From Chloroflexota bacterium (GTDB lineage Bacteria; Bacteroidota; Ignavibacteria; Kapaibacteriales; UBA2268): a stretch of 64,000 bases of DNA. The notes below the pieces were generated by a model. The model had not been told where the DNA came from, ran no database searches, and saw only the letters and a program-made list of their open reading frames with translations. The DNA lies in NCBI GenBank assembly GCA_050260015.1, contig JBLNBN010000046.1:4699-68698 (forward strand). The letters run 5' to 3'. Of this stretch, positions 28,523 to 39,389 are shown one piece after another. Each line of letters begins with the position of its first letter. Position 1 is the stretch's first letter. The position numbers and the translations under genes are program-made.

Positions 28523-31500
28523 GTGAAAAAGAGAATTTTAACCGCATTTTTATACGCAGCATGCGCCTCTTTACCGATCGGCATGGCGCTGCAGGCTGCA
28601 TTAACGGCGGCGACAGATATAATTCCGGAGAGCGTTGTCTTCCGTAGCGCGGCTATGGGCGTTTTGGGAGCGTTTGGTCCTAATTTATTCCTCCTTCTTG
28701 GAGCCCAGGTCCCGACGACCCAAACTCCAGCGGACAGCGCCGCTCCTCCGCGCTCCGTGCGCTACCGGCAGCTTACTACTCCATCGCGACCCACGGAGGA
28801 CGAAATCCGATTCGGGCGCGACGCGGCAAATCTTCCCCGCGGGTACAGATCAAATTACGACGTCGATTCTGTCGGGGGCTCGGTCTATTCGCAGAGATCG
28901 ATCGACTCCTTCCGCCTGGGCTACGGCTATTCCATCGACCTGGACACATACCTCGGTAAAAGGCGCGCTCAAATCCAAAATGGTATTTGGGATTCGTTGC
29001 TCACGAGCTACGACATGAAGAAAGCTCTTTCCCGCGGCGATTTGTCCCGTATGGTCGCTCAAGCGACGGGATTTTCCATCCCGATACCGCCCAACCCCAT
29101 AAGCAGCATCTTCGGCAAGCCCGAAATAAGCATTAACGTAAACGGCGAAGTTAACCTTCGCGTGGGCTGGCGCTGGGATTCGCAGAACCTCGGAACGGTG
29201 TCCGCATACGGCCAGACGCAGAGCTCGCCGATATTCAACCAGGACATCAAGCTCGACATAAGCGCCAAGATAGGCGACAAATTAAAGCTCGGCACGAATT
29301 GGAACACGCGACAGGCATTCGACTACGACAATCAATTTAAGCTTGGCTACGAGGGCTACGACGACGATATTATCAAGCGCGTCGAGTTCGGCAACGTTAA
29401 CTTCCCGATCCCGTCGACCTTGATCGGCGGCGGTCAGGCCCTCTTCGGCGTGCGGAGCGACTACCAGTTCGGCCCGCTGTACCTTAAGACGGTATTCTCG
29501 CAACGTCGGGGCCAGCGAAAATTCGTGGACGTGCGCGGCGGCTCGAACAGGCAGCCTTTCCAGGTCCGCGCCTACGACTACTCGCGCAACCACTTCTTCC
29601 TCGACACTGGCTACAAGCAAATTTACGACGATTACTTTAAGAACGGAACTCCAATAATCCCGAACACGCCCCGCGCGCGGGAAATGGCCATCAAGCAGAT
29701 AGAGGTCTGGGAGGCTACGACCGACGTCGCCGAGCAGGCTATTCGCTCAGCTCGTTCGGTCGCGATTGCGGACCTTCCCGGCAAGCGCCGTAGGCTCGGC
29801 GAAAACTGGACGTTCGCGGAAAAGGCGCAACCTACGCAATCCGGCTTAGTCGAGCGCGGAAACTTTATTCGCCTGGACACGAACAGCTACCGCGTAGATA
29901 TGAACTTGGGCACGCTAACGCTTTATTCTATGCGGCAGGACAGGTACTACGCCGTCTCCTACCGCACCGAGGGCGCCACCCCGGACTCTGCGGACGACGT
30001 CTACTACGGCACGTTCGCCAACCAGGTTGGGGAACTCGATACTCTGCTCCTGAAGCTCGTTTACAGACCTAATATACAGCCGGCCTGGAAAAGCATATGG
30101 AGCCGGCAGATGAAGAATATATACTCAATAAACGCGACGAACGTTTCCACTACCGACACGCGCATTTCGCTCTGGTACATTCGCCAGAGCAACGACTCCG
30201 CCGACGTGCTGGAAGGCGCGCCCGACAAGCTCGTCACTATATTCGGGGTGGACCGTATGAACGTTTCCGCGGGAACCGCCACGCCCGACGGCGTGTTCGA
30301 CCTTCGCCCGCCGTTCTTCGACGCGCAGCGGGGCGAGATCACATTCCCAAGCGCCGAGCCGTTCGGCGACGGCTTGAGGCGTTACTTCTCGCGGCTGGGC
30401 AACCCGGAGCTTGCCGAGCTCTATACGTTCGACCAGGTATACGACACGACTTACGACATAGCGGCGCGAAACACCGCGCGCGATAGATTCGTAATTTCGG
30501 GCGAAGTGACGGGACGCGCTACGAACAACATTTCGCTCGGGGCGTTTAACCTCGCGCCCAACAGCGTTCGCGTATCGCTCGACGGGGTCACGCTCCGCGA
30601 GAACGACGACTACCGCGTCAACTATTATTCGGGAACGCTTACTATATTGAACCCCCGCGCCTCGCTTCCGAACGCGAATCTTAGGGTCGAGTACGAGCAG
30701 CAGGATATGTTCAACGTATCGACGAAAACGCTTGCAGGATTGCGCGCGGACTATACCTTGATCAAGGCGCGAACGGCGAACATGGGCCTGGGCTTTACCT
30801 TTATGCATTACGACCAGTCGGCGACGATAGACCGCGTGCGCCTCGGCGACGAGCCCGTCTCGAACACGATGTTCGGATTCGATACAAAGCTGAATTGGGA
30901 AACGCCATGGATGACGCGCGCGTTGGACCTTTTGCCGTTTTACGAGACGAAGGCCCCGTCCTCGATGTCGCTCGGCGGCGAATGGGCGATGATGCTGCCG
31001 CTGCCGAACAAGCGCCGCTCGGAAATCGCTTCCGACAATAGCGAGCCCGTCGTTTTCATAGACGACTTCGAGGGGGCGCAACGCTACGTTCCGCTTGGCA
31101 TAAACACCAGCCTTTGGACGCATTCCGCCCCGCCTGTCGCTCCCGATATTGATTCCACCGGAAGCGGGGTGAACAACTATCGCGGACGGCTCTACTGGTG
31201 GCAATTCTTCAACCCGAGAGTTCCCATTAAAGAGGTTTATCCGAAAAACGAGTCCTTCCAGCAGGGCAGGATGAATCTCGGGCCGCTTTACGTTAATTTC
31301 GATCCGGACTATCGGGGTATATACAATCGCAACCCGGAGTACACCGATCCGCTCAGCAAGCAGTATTATGATTCGTTGAATCCCTACGCATCCAGGCCCG
31401 AAATCAGGAAAAAGACCTGGGCTGGATTCCAGAGGCTGCTCTCCTCGTTTTATACGAACTTCGATGCGGACAACATCGAGTATATCGAAATAACGATGAG

Positions 31501-34500
31501 CGTGGGCAATCGCGAAGGCTCTACAAAAATGTTTATCGATTTAGGGCAGATCAGCGAGGACATTATTCCAAACGGATCGCTCAACACCGAGGACGGCATT
31601 ACCGACAAAGTTCGCATTCCCAACGGTATAATCGACGTTGGCGAGGACGTAGGTATCGATTCTCTCTCCGACGCCAACGAAAAAATAATGTATCCCTTCC
31701 CTCTCAACCAGGAAGACGACCCCTCGAGGGATAATTACTATTTTGACTTTAATAAGGACGACCGCGAACGCGGTCCTTCGGATTTCTTGCGGTACAACAA
31801 CTACGAAGGAAATTCGACCCAATCCGAGCTCGGGCAGTTCCCCGACACGGAAATCATGAATTCGACTAACGGGCAATCTCTTTCGCTGGACAACAGCTAC
31901 TTTACGTACGAAGTGAACCTTGAGCCGAACCCGGACCTGAACTCGCAGATCGTGGGCGGCAATCCTGAGGCCGGGTGGCTGGTTTACCGGATACCCGTGC
32001 GCAAACCAACTAGCTTCGTCGGAGCCCCGCTGTTCTCAAATATTCAATACGCTCGCGTGCGATTCCAGGGCGGAAGGTTCGAAGCCCGCATCGTGGACTG
32101 GAAGCTTGTCGGCTCGCAGTGGCAACGTATCAGCAATTTGCAGAACGTGCCGGCGAACGATTCAACGCTTCAGCTCTCCTTCGTCAATCTCTGGGAGAAT
32201 TCCGGCGAGCCCGAGTTCTACTCGATGCCCCCCGGCGTTCGCGCGCCGAGAGAGCTGAACAATCCCGACCCGACGCAGGACATTCGCAAGAACGAGCAGT
32301 CGCTCGCCGTTTCCGTCCGCAATCTAAAGTTCGGCGAGGAACGGATGACGACGCGCATATTCCACCCGCTGGATATTTTCTTCTATAAAAAATTGAAATT
32401 TTTTATCCACGGCGACGGCGCTATGCCGGACAATTCTCTTCCCGGGGCAACGCCCAAAGCGTACGCCTATATGAGATTCGGGACCGATTCGCTTAACTAC
32501 TACGAGTACCGCAGGCCTCTCGTCCGCGGTTGGCAGGATATTGAAATAAACCTGACCGAACTGACGGAGGTAAAGCAGAGACGCGATTCGACGATGCAGT
32601 ACGACCGCCAGACTTTCCCGCTGAGAAACGATCCGCTGGCGACGTTCTCTATCCGCGGCAATCCCGTGCTGACGAGAGTGCAATTCTTCGGCGTTGGTAT
32701 CTCCAATCCTGCGGAGCGCTTCCCCAATGAATTGACTACGACTATGTGGGTGGACGAACTGCGCCTGATAAGCCCGGAGGACGCCTCCGATTGGGCCGCC
32801 GTCGGCAACTTCGACATGAAGCTGGCCGACCTCGGCTCTATCTCCGCCTCGATACAGAATTCGATGCCGAACTTCCATAAGCTCGAGGAGCGATTCGGGC
32901 GGCGCATCGGCTCGGTTAATTGGGCCGTCAGCATGCAGGGCAATTTGGAGAAATTCGCCCCGAAGAGCTTTAACGGAATGCGCATACCAATTTCATATTC
33001 GCACTCGGAGCTGGCAGAAGAGCCGGAATTCGTCGCCAATAACGATGTTAATCTCGACCGCGCGGTAGCGGTCGCTAAGCAAAACGCATACGCCCAGGCA
33101 AAGAGCGGCGGACTTTCGGAATCGGAAGCCCAGGCTCTGGCAAGCTCGGCTGAACGCGCCACTCGCTCGCGTTCGCAATCCCTGCGGGTCCAGGACAGCT
33201 GGGCTCTTACGGGAGTTAAATTAGGGCTCCCCACGAACGAATGGTATATCCGTGAGACGGTTAATAGGTTAACCGTAGGGTACTCCTATTCGCAGGAGAT
33301 GGAGCGATCCCCGGTTTATACGCAACGGTTCAACTGGCAGTGGAGGCTCGGCGCGCAATACAACGTGCAGGTGCCCCCGATCGCCGCCTTCGCTCCTCTG
33401 AAATGGGCGGACAGCCTGCCCGGGCTCGGGTACTTCAGCAAGTGGAAGATCAACCTGCTGCCGACGAGCTTCTCGACGGGAGTGGATCTCGCCCGCCGCC
33501 GCCAGACGGAGCAATCGCGCTTCCTCGACTTCCCAAGCCCGGTCGTTCGCGACTTTTCGGCCAATCGCACCGCGCAAATGGCCTGGAAGCTGACCGAAGG
33601 CGGCTTATTGAATCCCCTGGTGGACTATAGCGTTACGACTATCAGCACGCTTGTGCCCTTCGAACTAGAGCCAAATGGCAGGCAGCGCACCGGTTCAGAA
33701 TTGGCCAGCCAGATACTGTTCAAGGACGGCGCTATATTCGACTTCGGCAAGAACAGCCAGCATACGCAAAACGTTACGATTAACTTTAAGCCGCGACTGC
33801 CTATCGGCGTCGCCGCGGAGTATCTCGATATGACCGGCTCGTTCAACACTGTTTACTCCTGGAGCGATCCTTTGCAACCCGATCCGGCTATCCGCGACAT
33901 CGCGAAGAACGCGTCGTACAATAATCAAATTCGATACAATACCGTATTCAAGATAAAGCAATTGGGCGACAAGCTCTACGGCGCGCGTAAAACCGCGCTC
34001 GGCCCGAAGGCCGACAGCGCGCGCGCCTCTATGAACTCCGACTTCGACAATATTATTCGCGGGTTGTTCTTCGACTGGGAGAACATGAACCTGACGTTTA
34101 GCCAGACCTCCAGTTCGAACAACCCCGGCGTCTACGGCGGGAACGGTATGAATAACTTCTGGGGACGCGGCCTGCTCTTCCAGAACAGCCGGGCGATCTA
34201 CGGACCGAGCTTCGCCTATCAATTGGGCCTGATTGACGATCCGCATGGCACGATCGGCGTAGTGCCGAGCTCGACCTTCCCCTATATCGGCTTTAGGACG
34301 AAAATGGGCAAGCGCCCGCCGAACGCCGTGCTGCAGGACAACTTCCGCCAGCAGACGGGGCTGGAGCTCCGCACCTCGCGACCGCTCTGGGAAGGCGCCA
34401 CGCTCGACGTCAACTGGAAGACCGATCTCGGTTTCAACCGGAACCAAACGATCAATACGGACGAATTCGGCAACGTACGCATCTCTAATAAAAACGCGAC

Positions 34501-35401
34501 TGAGAGCTTCTCGAGGACGTTCCTGACCTTCCCGACCATATTCGGGTTTAACCCGCTAAGCAATACGGTCGAGCACGTCGTCGAGCTCTACAATCAGCGT
34601 AAACAAGTTATACTTAACTCCAACGCGGACACTATAACGAAGAACCAACGGCTGCAGGAAGCGCTCTCGAAATCGTTCTACGAAGGACTCGAGGCGTTCA
34701 GCATTACTGGCGGGCGCGCGGGCAAATTCCTGCCGGCGATCAACTGGGCCATCCGCTGGGAAGGGCTGGAGAAATTTTCCTTCTGGAAGTCGATCGTTAA
34801 GCGCGCGTCGCTCGAGCACGCCTATATCTCCACGTACCAGGAGAGCGTGCTGATAACCGACAACGGCCGCGGCATCCAAAGCCAGATCGTTCAGTACGGA
34901 TTTTCGCCCCTTATAGGCGTTACTGCGGGCTTCGACGAAAAGAAGCTCGACGGTACGCTCACGGCGAGCTTCCGCTGGAATTCGACGAAGAGTTACCAGG
35001 TGAACTCCGTTATGCGGTCGGCGATCTCCTCGCAGTCCACTAACGAGATCACAGGTACGGCCAGCTACGTTATGCGCGGTTTCGAATTTCCATTCTTCGG
35101 TATAAATCTAAAGAACGATTTTGAAATGAGCTTTTTGGCGACGTACAAGGACAACGCGCAGGCGTCCTACAACATACTCGACCCGACGAGCTACGAAGGA
35201 ACACAAAACGCAGGAATGCCCCTGACGGGCAATACGCAGATAATTCTCGAGCCCCGCGCGCGTTACTCCATCAGCGATAAGGTTACGGCTTCGGCCTACT
35301 TCCGCTACGAAGGGACGTTCTCCGAGGGCGCGGCGAACAGCGGCTACCACACGACGCAAGTGGGATTGGACCTGCGAATTAACGTCAGCGGCGGAAGGTA
35401 A
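28523..35401 (+). CDS. sprA: Type IX secretion system translocon SprA/Sov-like outer-membrane protein
   Basis: 2292 aa. N-terminal signal peptide, beta-rich composition, C-terminal barrel-like end. Size and T9SS genomic context match SprA. Assignment is by size, context and composition, not by a motif I can name. Start taken from the ORF track. Confidence 0.7.
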   Translation: MKKRILTAFLYAACASLPIGMALQAALTAATDIIPESVVFRSAAMGVLGAFGPNLFLLLGAQVPTTQTPADSAAPPRSVRYRQLTTPSRPTEDEIRFGRDAANLPRGYRSNYDVDSVGGSVYSQRSIDSFRLGYGYSIDLDTYLGKRRAQIQNGIWDSLLTSYDMKKALSRGDLSRMVAQATGFSIPIPPNPISSIFGKPEISINVNGEVNLRVGWRWDSQNLGTVSAYGQTQSSPIFNQDIKLDISAKIGDKLKLGTNWNTRQAFDYDNQFKLGYEGYDDDIIKRVEFGNVNFPIPSTLIGGGQALFGVRSDYQFGPLYLKTVFSQRRGQRKFVDVRGGSNRQPFQVRAYDYSRNHFFLDTGYKQIYDDYFKNGTPIIPNTPRAREMAIKQIEVWEATTDVAEQAIRSARSVAIADLPGKRRRLGENWTFAEKAQPTQSGLVERGNFIRLDTNSYRVDMNLGTLTLYSMRQDRYYAVSYRTEGATPDSADDVYYGTFANQVGELDTLLLKLVYRPNIQPAWKSIWSRQMKNIYSINATNVSTTDTRISLWYIRQSNDSADVLEGAPDKLVTIFGVDRMNVSAGTATPDGVFDLRPPFFDAQRGEITFPSAEPFGDGLRRYFSRLGNPELAELYTFDQVYDTTYDIAARNTARDRFVISGEVTGRATNNISLGAFNLAPNSVRVSLDGVTLRENDDYRVNYYSGTLTILNPRASLPNANLRVEYEQQDMFNVSTKTLAGLRADYTLIKARTANMGLGFTFMHYDQSATIDRVRLGDEPVSNTMFGFDTKLNWETPWMTRALDLLPFYETKAPSSMSLGGEWAMMLPLPNKRRSEIASDNSEPVVFIDDFEGAQRYVPLGINTSLWTHSAPPVAPDIDSTGSGVNNYRGRLYWWQFFNPRVPIKEVYPKNESFQQGRMNLGPLYVNFDPDYRGIYNRNPEYTDPLSKQYYDSLNPYASRPEIRKKTWAGFQRLLSSFYTNFDADNIEYIEITMSVGNREGSTKMFIDLGQISEDIIPNGSLNTEDGITDKVRIPNGIIDVGEDVGIDSLSDANEKIMYPFPLNQEDDPSRDNYYFDFNKDDRERGPSDFLRYNNYEGNSTQSELGQFPDTEIMNSTNGQSLSLDNSYFTYEVNLEPNPDLNSQIVGGNPEAGWLVYRIPVRKPTSFVGAPLFSNIQYARVRFQGGRFEARIVDWKLVGSQWQRISNLQNVPANDSTLQLSFVNLWENSGEPEFYSMPPGVRAPRELNNPDPTQDIRKNEQSLAVSVRNLKFGEERMTTRIFHPLDIFFYKKLKFFIHGDGAMPDNSLPGATPKAYAYMRFGTDSLNYYEYRRPLVRGWQDIEINLTELTEVKQRRDSTMQYDRQTFPLRNDPLATFSIRGNPVLTRVQFFGVGISNPAERFPNELTTTMWVDELRLISPEDASDWAAVGNFDMKLADLGSISASIQNSMPNFHKLEERFGRRIGSVNWAVSMQGNLEKFAPKSFNGMRIPISYSHSELAEEPEFVANNDVNLDRAVAVAKQNAYAQAKSGGLSESEAQALASSAERATRSRSQSLRVQDSWALTGVKLGLPTNEWYIRETVNRLTVGYSYSQEMERSPVYTQRFNWQWRLGAQYNVQVPPIAAFAPLKWADSLPGLGYFSKWKINLLPTSFSTGVDLARRRQTEQSRFLDFPSPVVRDFSANRTAQMAWKLTEGGLLNPLVDYSVTTISTLVPFELEPNGRQRTGSELASQILFKDGAIFDFGKNSQHTQNVTINFKPRLPIGVAAEYLDMTGSFNTVYSWSDPLQPDPAIRDIAKNASYNNQIRYNTVFKIKQLGDKLYGARKTALGPKADSARASMNSDFDNIIRGLFFDWENMNLTFSQTSSSNNPGVYGGNGMNNFWGRGLLFQNSRAIYGPSFAYQLGLIDDPHGTIGVVPSSTFPYIGFRTKMGKRPPNAVLQDNFRQQTGLELRTSRPLWEGATLDVNWKTDLGFNRNQTINTDEFGNVRISNKNATESFSRTFLTFPTIFGFNPLSNTVEHVVELYNQRKQVILNSNADTITKNQRLQEALSKSFYEGLEAFSITGGRAGKFLPAINWAIRWEGLEKFSFWKSIVKRASLEHAYISTYQESVLITDNGRGIQSQIVQYGFSPLIGVTAGFDEKKLDGTLTASFRWNSTKSYQVNSVMRSAISSQSTNEITGTASYVMRGFEFPFFGINLKNDFEMSFLATYKDNAQASYNILDPTSYEGTQNAGMPLTGNTQIILEPRARYSISDKVTASAYFRYEGTFSEGAANSGYHTTQVGLDLRINVSGGR

Positions 35402-35415
35402 TAAAAGGCGCTCAA

Positions 35416-36507
35416 ATGAATATAATGTTTATCAATTCCTCGAAAAAGTGGGGCGGCAACGAACGTTGGACCGCCTCCGCAGCCGAAGGTCTAGCCGGGC
35501 GCGGCCATAGCGTCAGCCTGATAGCTCGCTCTAAGATATTCAACGGCAGGCTCCCCGAGGCCGTCCGCATCCATAAGATGCCGATACGGCACGATTTGGA
35601 CGTGGAGACGTTCCTGCCGCTCGTCAAGCTGATCCGCGAGCTCGGGATCGACGTGCTCATGCCGACGAAGCGCAAGGAATACTTTATCGCCGGGGCCCTT
35701 GGGAAATTACTGAAGATACCGGTGGTGTTCCGCCTGGGCATTGTCCGTACGATACCCCAGTGGGACCTTCCGCAACGCTACGTTTACTCCGCGCTTCCCA
35801 CCGCGCTCGTCGTCAACGCGAAGAAAATAAAGGAAGTTCTCGTAGCGAACAAAATCGCGGACGAGGAGAAAATAAACGTCATCTATAACGGCTACGAATT
35901 CGAGCCAGTACGCGAGCCCGCGCGCAAGACGAATAAGTTTATCTTCGCCGCTGCCGGCCGGCTCGCCCCGCAGAAGGGGTACGATTTGCTTCTGCAGTCC
36001 GCGAGGATACTAAAGGAGAGTACCGGCGAATTTATACTGATCATTGCCGGGGACGGCCCAGCTCGGGAAGAATACGAAAAGTTTATAGCGGAGAGCGCGC
36101 TCGGCGAGAACGTGATACTTGCGGGCGAAATAGACAATGCGCGCGAGCTATTCGCCGCGGCGGACTGCGTCGCTATCCCTTCGCGCAACGAAGGCGTCCC
36201 GAATACTCTCTTCGAGGCGTGGAGCGTCGGGCGCGCCGCCGTTTGCTCGGACGCGGCGGGCATCCCGGAGGTAGTCGAGAGCGGCGTCGACGGGATTATA
36301 GCCCCGCTCGAGCCGAGGGAGTTCGCCGGCGCGATGCTTGCCGCAATGGCCGATAGGAACGCGCTCGCCGCGATGGGCGCCCGCGGCAAGGAAAAGCTCG
36401 AAACGCATTTCACTATGGATAGAATGCTTACTTCGCTCGAAAACGTTTTCGAGAAAGTAATCGATGAGGTTAAAAATCAAAAAAAACGGCCTAAGAAGCG
36501 GGTGTAG
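35416..36507 (+). CDS. Glycosyltransferase family 4 (GT-B, group 1)
   Basis: 363 aa. EX7E-type C-terminal domain (PSRNEGVPNTLFEAWSVGRAAV). Confidence 0.8.
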   Translation: MNIMFINSSKKWGGNERWTASAAEGLAGRGHSVSLIARSKIFNGRLPEAVRIHKMPIRHDLDVETFLPLVKLIRELGIDVLMPTKRKEYFIAGALGKLLKIPVVFRLGIVRTIPQWDLPQRYVYSALPTALVVNAKKIKEVLVANKIADEEKINVIYNGYEFEPVREPARKTNKFIFAAAGRLAPQKGYDLLLQSARILKESTGEFILIIAGDGPAREEYEKFIAESALGENVILAGEIDNARELFAAADCVAIPSRNEGVPNTLFEAWSVGRAAVCSDAAGIPEVVESGVDGIIAPLEPREFAGAMLAAMADRNALAAMGARGKEKLETHFTMDRMLTSLENVFEKVIDEVKNQKKRPKKRV

Positions 36508-36576
36508 CAAAAAAAATTTTGTAGAAATTGAAAAAGTTCGTAATTTTGTAAGCGTTAAGTTTAACGCTATCGAAAT

Positions 36577-36650
36577 TCCTGAGTAGCTCAGCTGGTTAGA
36601 GCATCTGACTGTTAATCAGAGGGTCCGCGGTTCAAGTCCGTGCTCAGGAG
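36577..36650 (+). tRNA. tRNA-Asn (anticodon GTT)
   Basis: TCCTGAG acceptor stem, D-arm GCTC-AGCTGGTTA-GAGC, anticodon loop CTGTTAA, T-arm, discriminator G followed by encoded CA. Confidence 0.85.
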
Positions 36651-36654
36651 CAAG

Positions 36655-36685
36655 AAAGCCCGATTCAAAAGAGTCGGGCTTTTTC
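36655..36685 (+). terminator. Terminator hairpin (AGCCCGA-TTCAAAAGAG-TCGGGCT + TTTTT) after tRNA-Asn
   Basis: Stem followed by a T run. Confidence 0.65.
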
Positions 36686-36693
36686 ATTTAACA

Positions 36694-36726
36694 AAAGGGC
36701 CGCCTCTCGCGAAGCGGCCCTTCTTT
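36694..36726. terminator. Second hairpin (GGGCCGC-CTCTCGCGAA-GCGGCCC) acting as terminator for the minus-strand gpx gene; T-rich on both sides
   Basis: On the minus strand the hairpin is followed by TTTTGT immediately downstream of the gpx stop. Confidence 0.6.
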
Positions 36727-36751
36727 ATTCGCGTCATACCCAAGAGCGCGG

Positions 36752-37321
36752 TTATAATTGCTTTTCTATTATGGGGTCGAGTTCCTCGGGGGTAGTAGCG
36801 GAGGCGTAGCGTTCGAGAACCTTCCCGTTTTTATCAACGAGGAATTTCGTAAAGTTCCACTTTATGGCTTTCGTGCCCGCCGCGCCGGGGGCCTGGTCTT
36901 TAAGATATACGTAAAGGGGGTGCGTCGAGTCGCCGTTCACGTTTATCTTTTCGAACATAGGGAACTTCACGCCGAAGTTCAGCGAGCAGAATTCCTTGAT
37001 CTCCTCGTGCGTGCCCGGTTCCTGCCCGCCGAATTGATTGCACGGGAAGGCGAGTATCTCGAATCCCCTGTCCTTATACTTTTCATAAAGCTTTTCCAGC
37101 CCGGCGTACTGCTTCGTATAGCCGCACTTGGAGGCTACGTTGACGATCAAAAGAGTTTTGCCCTTGTAATCGGCGAGCGACTTCTCGGCGCCGTCGATAG
37201 TAACTACCTTAAAATCATAAACGGATTTTTCCATTGGTTTTGCCCCGGTTAGTATTGCCAGATTTATTATCATCAGAATCGCAAGCGCGGCGAGGCTTAG
37301 CGATATATTTAGCTTGCGCAT
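36752..37321 (-). CDS. gpx: Glutathione peroxidase (secreted/periplasmic, signal peptide)
   Basis: 189 aa. VASKCGYT active-site region and FPCNQFGGQEPG motif. Confidence 0.85.
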   Translation of the reverse strand: MRKLNISLSLAALAILMIINLAILTGAKPMEKSVYDFKVVTIDGAEKSLADYKGKTLLIVNVASKCGYTKQYAGLEKLYEKYKDRGFEILAFPCNQFGGQEPGTHEEIKEFCSLNFGVKFPMFEKINVNGDSTHPLYVYLKDQAPGAAGTKAIKWNFTKFLVDKNGKVLERYASATTPEELDPIIEKQL

Positions 37322-37437
37322 ATTTAGCCGTTCCTAATTTATAATATTTTTAGCATGAACGAACCGCGCCGCTTTATGTTTTTAGAAATAAAAAAGGCCG
37401 CTTTTAGAGCGGCCTTCCGAATAATGATCGTACGGAT

Positions 37438-37755
37438 CTATAATTTCTGCAAGTCGATGATAAGCGCGCCCTTTGGAACTCTCGCGCCCGTCTGGACGTG
37501 CACCTGTTTGATCGTCGCGTTGAAAGGCGCGGCGATGGTATTCTTCATCTTCATCGCTTCCAGAATCAGTAGCGGTTCCCCCGCGCGAACGCTCTGGCCG
37601 CGTTTAACGTAAATTTCGCGGATAGTGCCCGGTATGAACGCCGTGATCTTATTTAGATCTATCGGCGCATAGGGCTTGCGTTTGCGGAACTTATCCGTTA
37701 TCTTGGTTTCGTAAACGGTGTCGTCGATTACGAATTTCTGAATTTCGTCGTTCAT
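37438..37755 (-). CDS. Biotin-requiring small subunit (biotinyl domain, MmdC/BCCP-like)
   Basis: 105 aa. EAMKMKN biotin attachment motif. Confidence 0.75.
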   Translation of the reverse strand: MNDEIQKFVIDDTVYETKITDKFRKRKPYAPIDLNKITAFIPGTIREIYVKRGQSVRAGEPLLILEAMKMKNTIAAPFNATIKQVHVQTGARVPKGALIIDLQKL

Positions 37756-37772
37756 TTGTTACCTCCCTTTTA

Positions 37773-39317
37773 TTAGAACGGGGCGATGCCGTGTTTCTTT
37801 TGCGGCAGCACGTCGTTTTTGTTTTGAGAGATATCGAGGGCGTGAATGATGTATTCGCGCGTCTCCTGGGGGCTAATAACGGCGTCGATGAATCCGTTTG
37901 CGGCCGCGACGTAGGGGTTGGCGAATTTCTCAGTGTATTCGGCTACCTTCTGACGGCGCATATCCTCTGGATTCTTAGCGTCGGATATTTCCTTTTTAAA
38001 TATGATATTGGCGGCGCCTTCGGGGCCCATTACGGCGATCTCGGCGGTCGGCCAGGCGAAGACGAAGTCCGCGCCAAGGTGGCGCGAGCACATAGCGATA
38101 TAGCCGCCTCCGTAAGCCTTGCGGAGCGTGAGCGTGATCTTGGGAACGCTGGCTTCGCTGTAGGCGTAGAGTATTTTCGCGCCGTGGCGGATAACGCCTG
38201 CATGCTCCTGGTCGACGCCCGGCAAGTAGCCCGGGAGATCGACGAGCGTGAGCAGCGGAACGCTGAACGCGTTGCAGAAACGGATAAAGCGGGCCGCCTT
38301 ATCGGAAGAGTCGACGTCTAAAACGCCCGCGAGCACGAGGGGCTGATTGGCGACGATGCCGATCGTGTAGCCGTTCATACGCGCGAAGCCTATAACGATG
38401 TTCTGCGCCCAGAGTTCCTGCACCTCGAGGAAGTCGGAGTCGTCGCATATCGCGCGGATAATGTCGCGCACGTCGTAGGGTTGCGAAGCGTCGCGCGGGA
38501 TGATCGATTCGATCGCCTTGAGCGGTTTCGGTGGCTTCGGCGGGAATCGGTCGGCCTTTTTGCGGTTGTTCCACGGGATGAAGGACATTAATCTCTTGAT
38601 TTGATCGAAGCACTCGGCCTCGCTCTCGGCGTAGAAGTGCGCGTTGCCGGTGATCTCGGCTTGAACGCGGGCTCCGCCGAGCTCTTCCATGGAGATTTCC
38701 TCGCCCAATACTGTTTTAATAACTTCCGGTCCCGTGATGAACATCTTCGATATCTTATCGACCACGAAGACGAAGTCCGTCAAAGCGGGCGAATATACCG
38801 CGCCGCCGGCGCAGGGGCCGAGTATGACAGAAAGCTGTGGAATGACGCCCGAAGCGCGGGTGTTGCGATAGAAAATCTCGCCATAGCCCGCTAGCGAATT
38901 CACGCCCTCCTGGATGCGCGCGCCGCCGCTATCGTTGATGCCGATAAGCGGAATGCCGAGCTGAAGGGAGTGATCCATTATCTTAGTGATTTTTCTCGCG
39001 TGAGCGAGTCCTAAGGAACCTCCTGCGACAGTGAAGTCCTGCGCGTAGATCCCGATGGGGTGCTCGTTTATCGAGCCCGTGCCCGTAATAACGCCGTCCC
39101 CCGGCAAGTACTTTTTATCCATTCCAAAGTCGATGCCTTGATGCTCGACGAAGAGATCATATTCATGAAAACTGGCTTCGTCCAAGAGAGCCTCGATGCG
39201 TTGGCGAGCTGTAAGCTTGCCCATCTTGGACTGTTTTTGGATCGCCAGCTCTCCGCCGGCCTCGGTAACTTTGGATTTTCTGGAAAAAAAGTCTAAAATT
39301 TTAGAAGCAAGTGACAT
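37773..39317 (-). CDS. Acyl-CoA carboxyltransferase (methylmalonyl-CoA decarboxylase alpha / PccB family), second copy
   Basis: 514 aa. Clear paralog of 26663..28270 (shared LTAR..., INDSGGARIQEG, GPCAGGAVYSPALTDFV). Confidence 0.85.
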   Translation of the reverse strand: MSLASKILDFFSRKSKVTEAGGELAIQKQSKMGKLTARQRIEALLDEASFHEYDLFVEHQGIDFGMDKKYLPGDGVITGTGSINEHPIGIYAQDFTVAGGSLGLAHARKITKIMDHSLQLGIPLIGINDSGGARIQEGVNSLAGYGEIFYRNTRASGVIPQLSVILGPCAGGAVYSPALTDFVFVVDKISKMFITGPEVIKTVLGEEISMEELGGARVQAEITGNAHFYAESEAECFDQIKRLMSFIPWNNRKKADRFPPKPPKPLKAIESIIPRDASQPYDVRDIIRAICDDSDFLEVQELWAQNIVIGFARMNGYTIGIVANQPLVLAGVLDVDSSDKAARFIRFCNAFSVPLLTLVDLPGYLPGVDQEHAGVIRHGAKILYAYSEASVPKITLTLRKAYGGGYIAMCSRHLGADFVFAWPTAEIAVMGPEGAANIIFKKEISDAKNPEDMRRQKVAEYTEKFANPYVAAANGFIDAVISPQETREYIIHALDISQNKNDVLPQKKHGIAPF

Positions 39318-39389
39318 TGCTCATACCCATTTAAAATTTAAACTAGACTACAAAAATACAAAAGGCAGACGAATAATTAACTATTTTAA

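Noticed and set aside
30125-31204. 359-aa antisense ORF (Arg/Val-rich) inside sprA. Similar long antisense ORFs at 32500..33234, 33695..34447, 46165..46926, 45568..46104 and 25289..25762.
   Set aside because: They lie entirely within well-supported genes on the opposite strand. They have an Arg/Ala/Gly-rich low-complexity composition typical of open frames in GC-rich DNA and no recognisable motifs.
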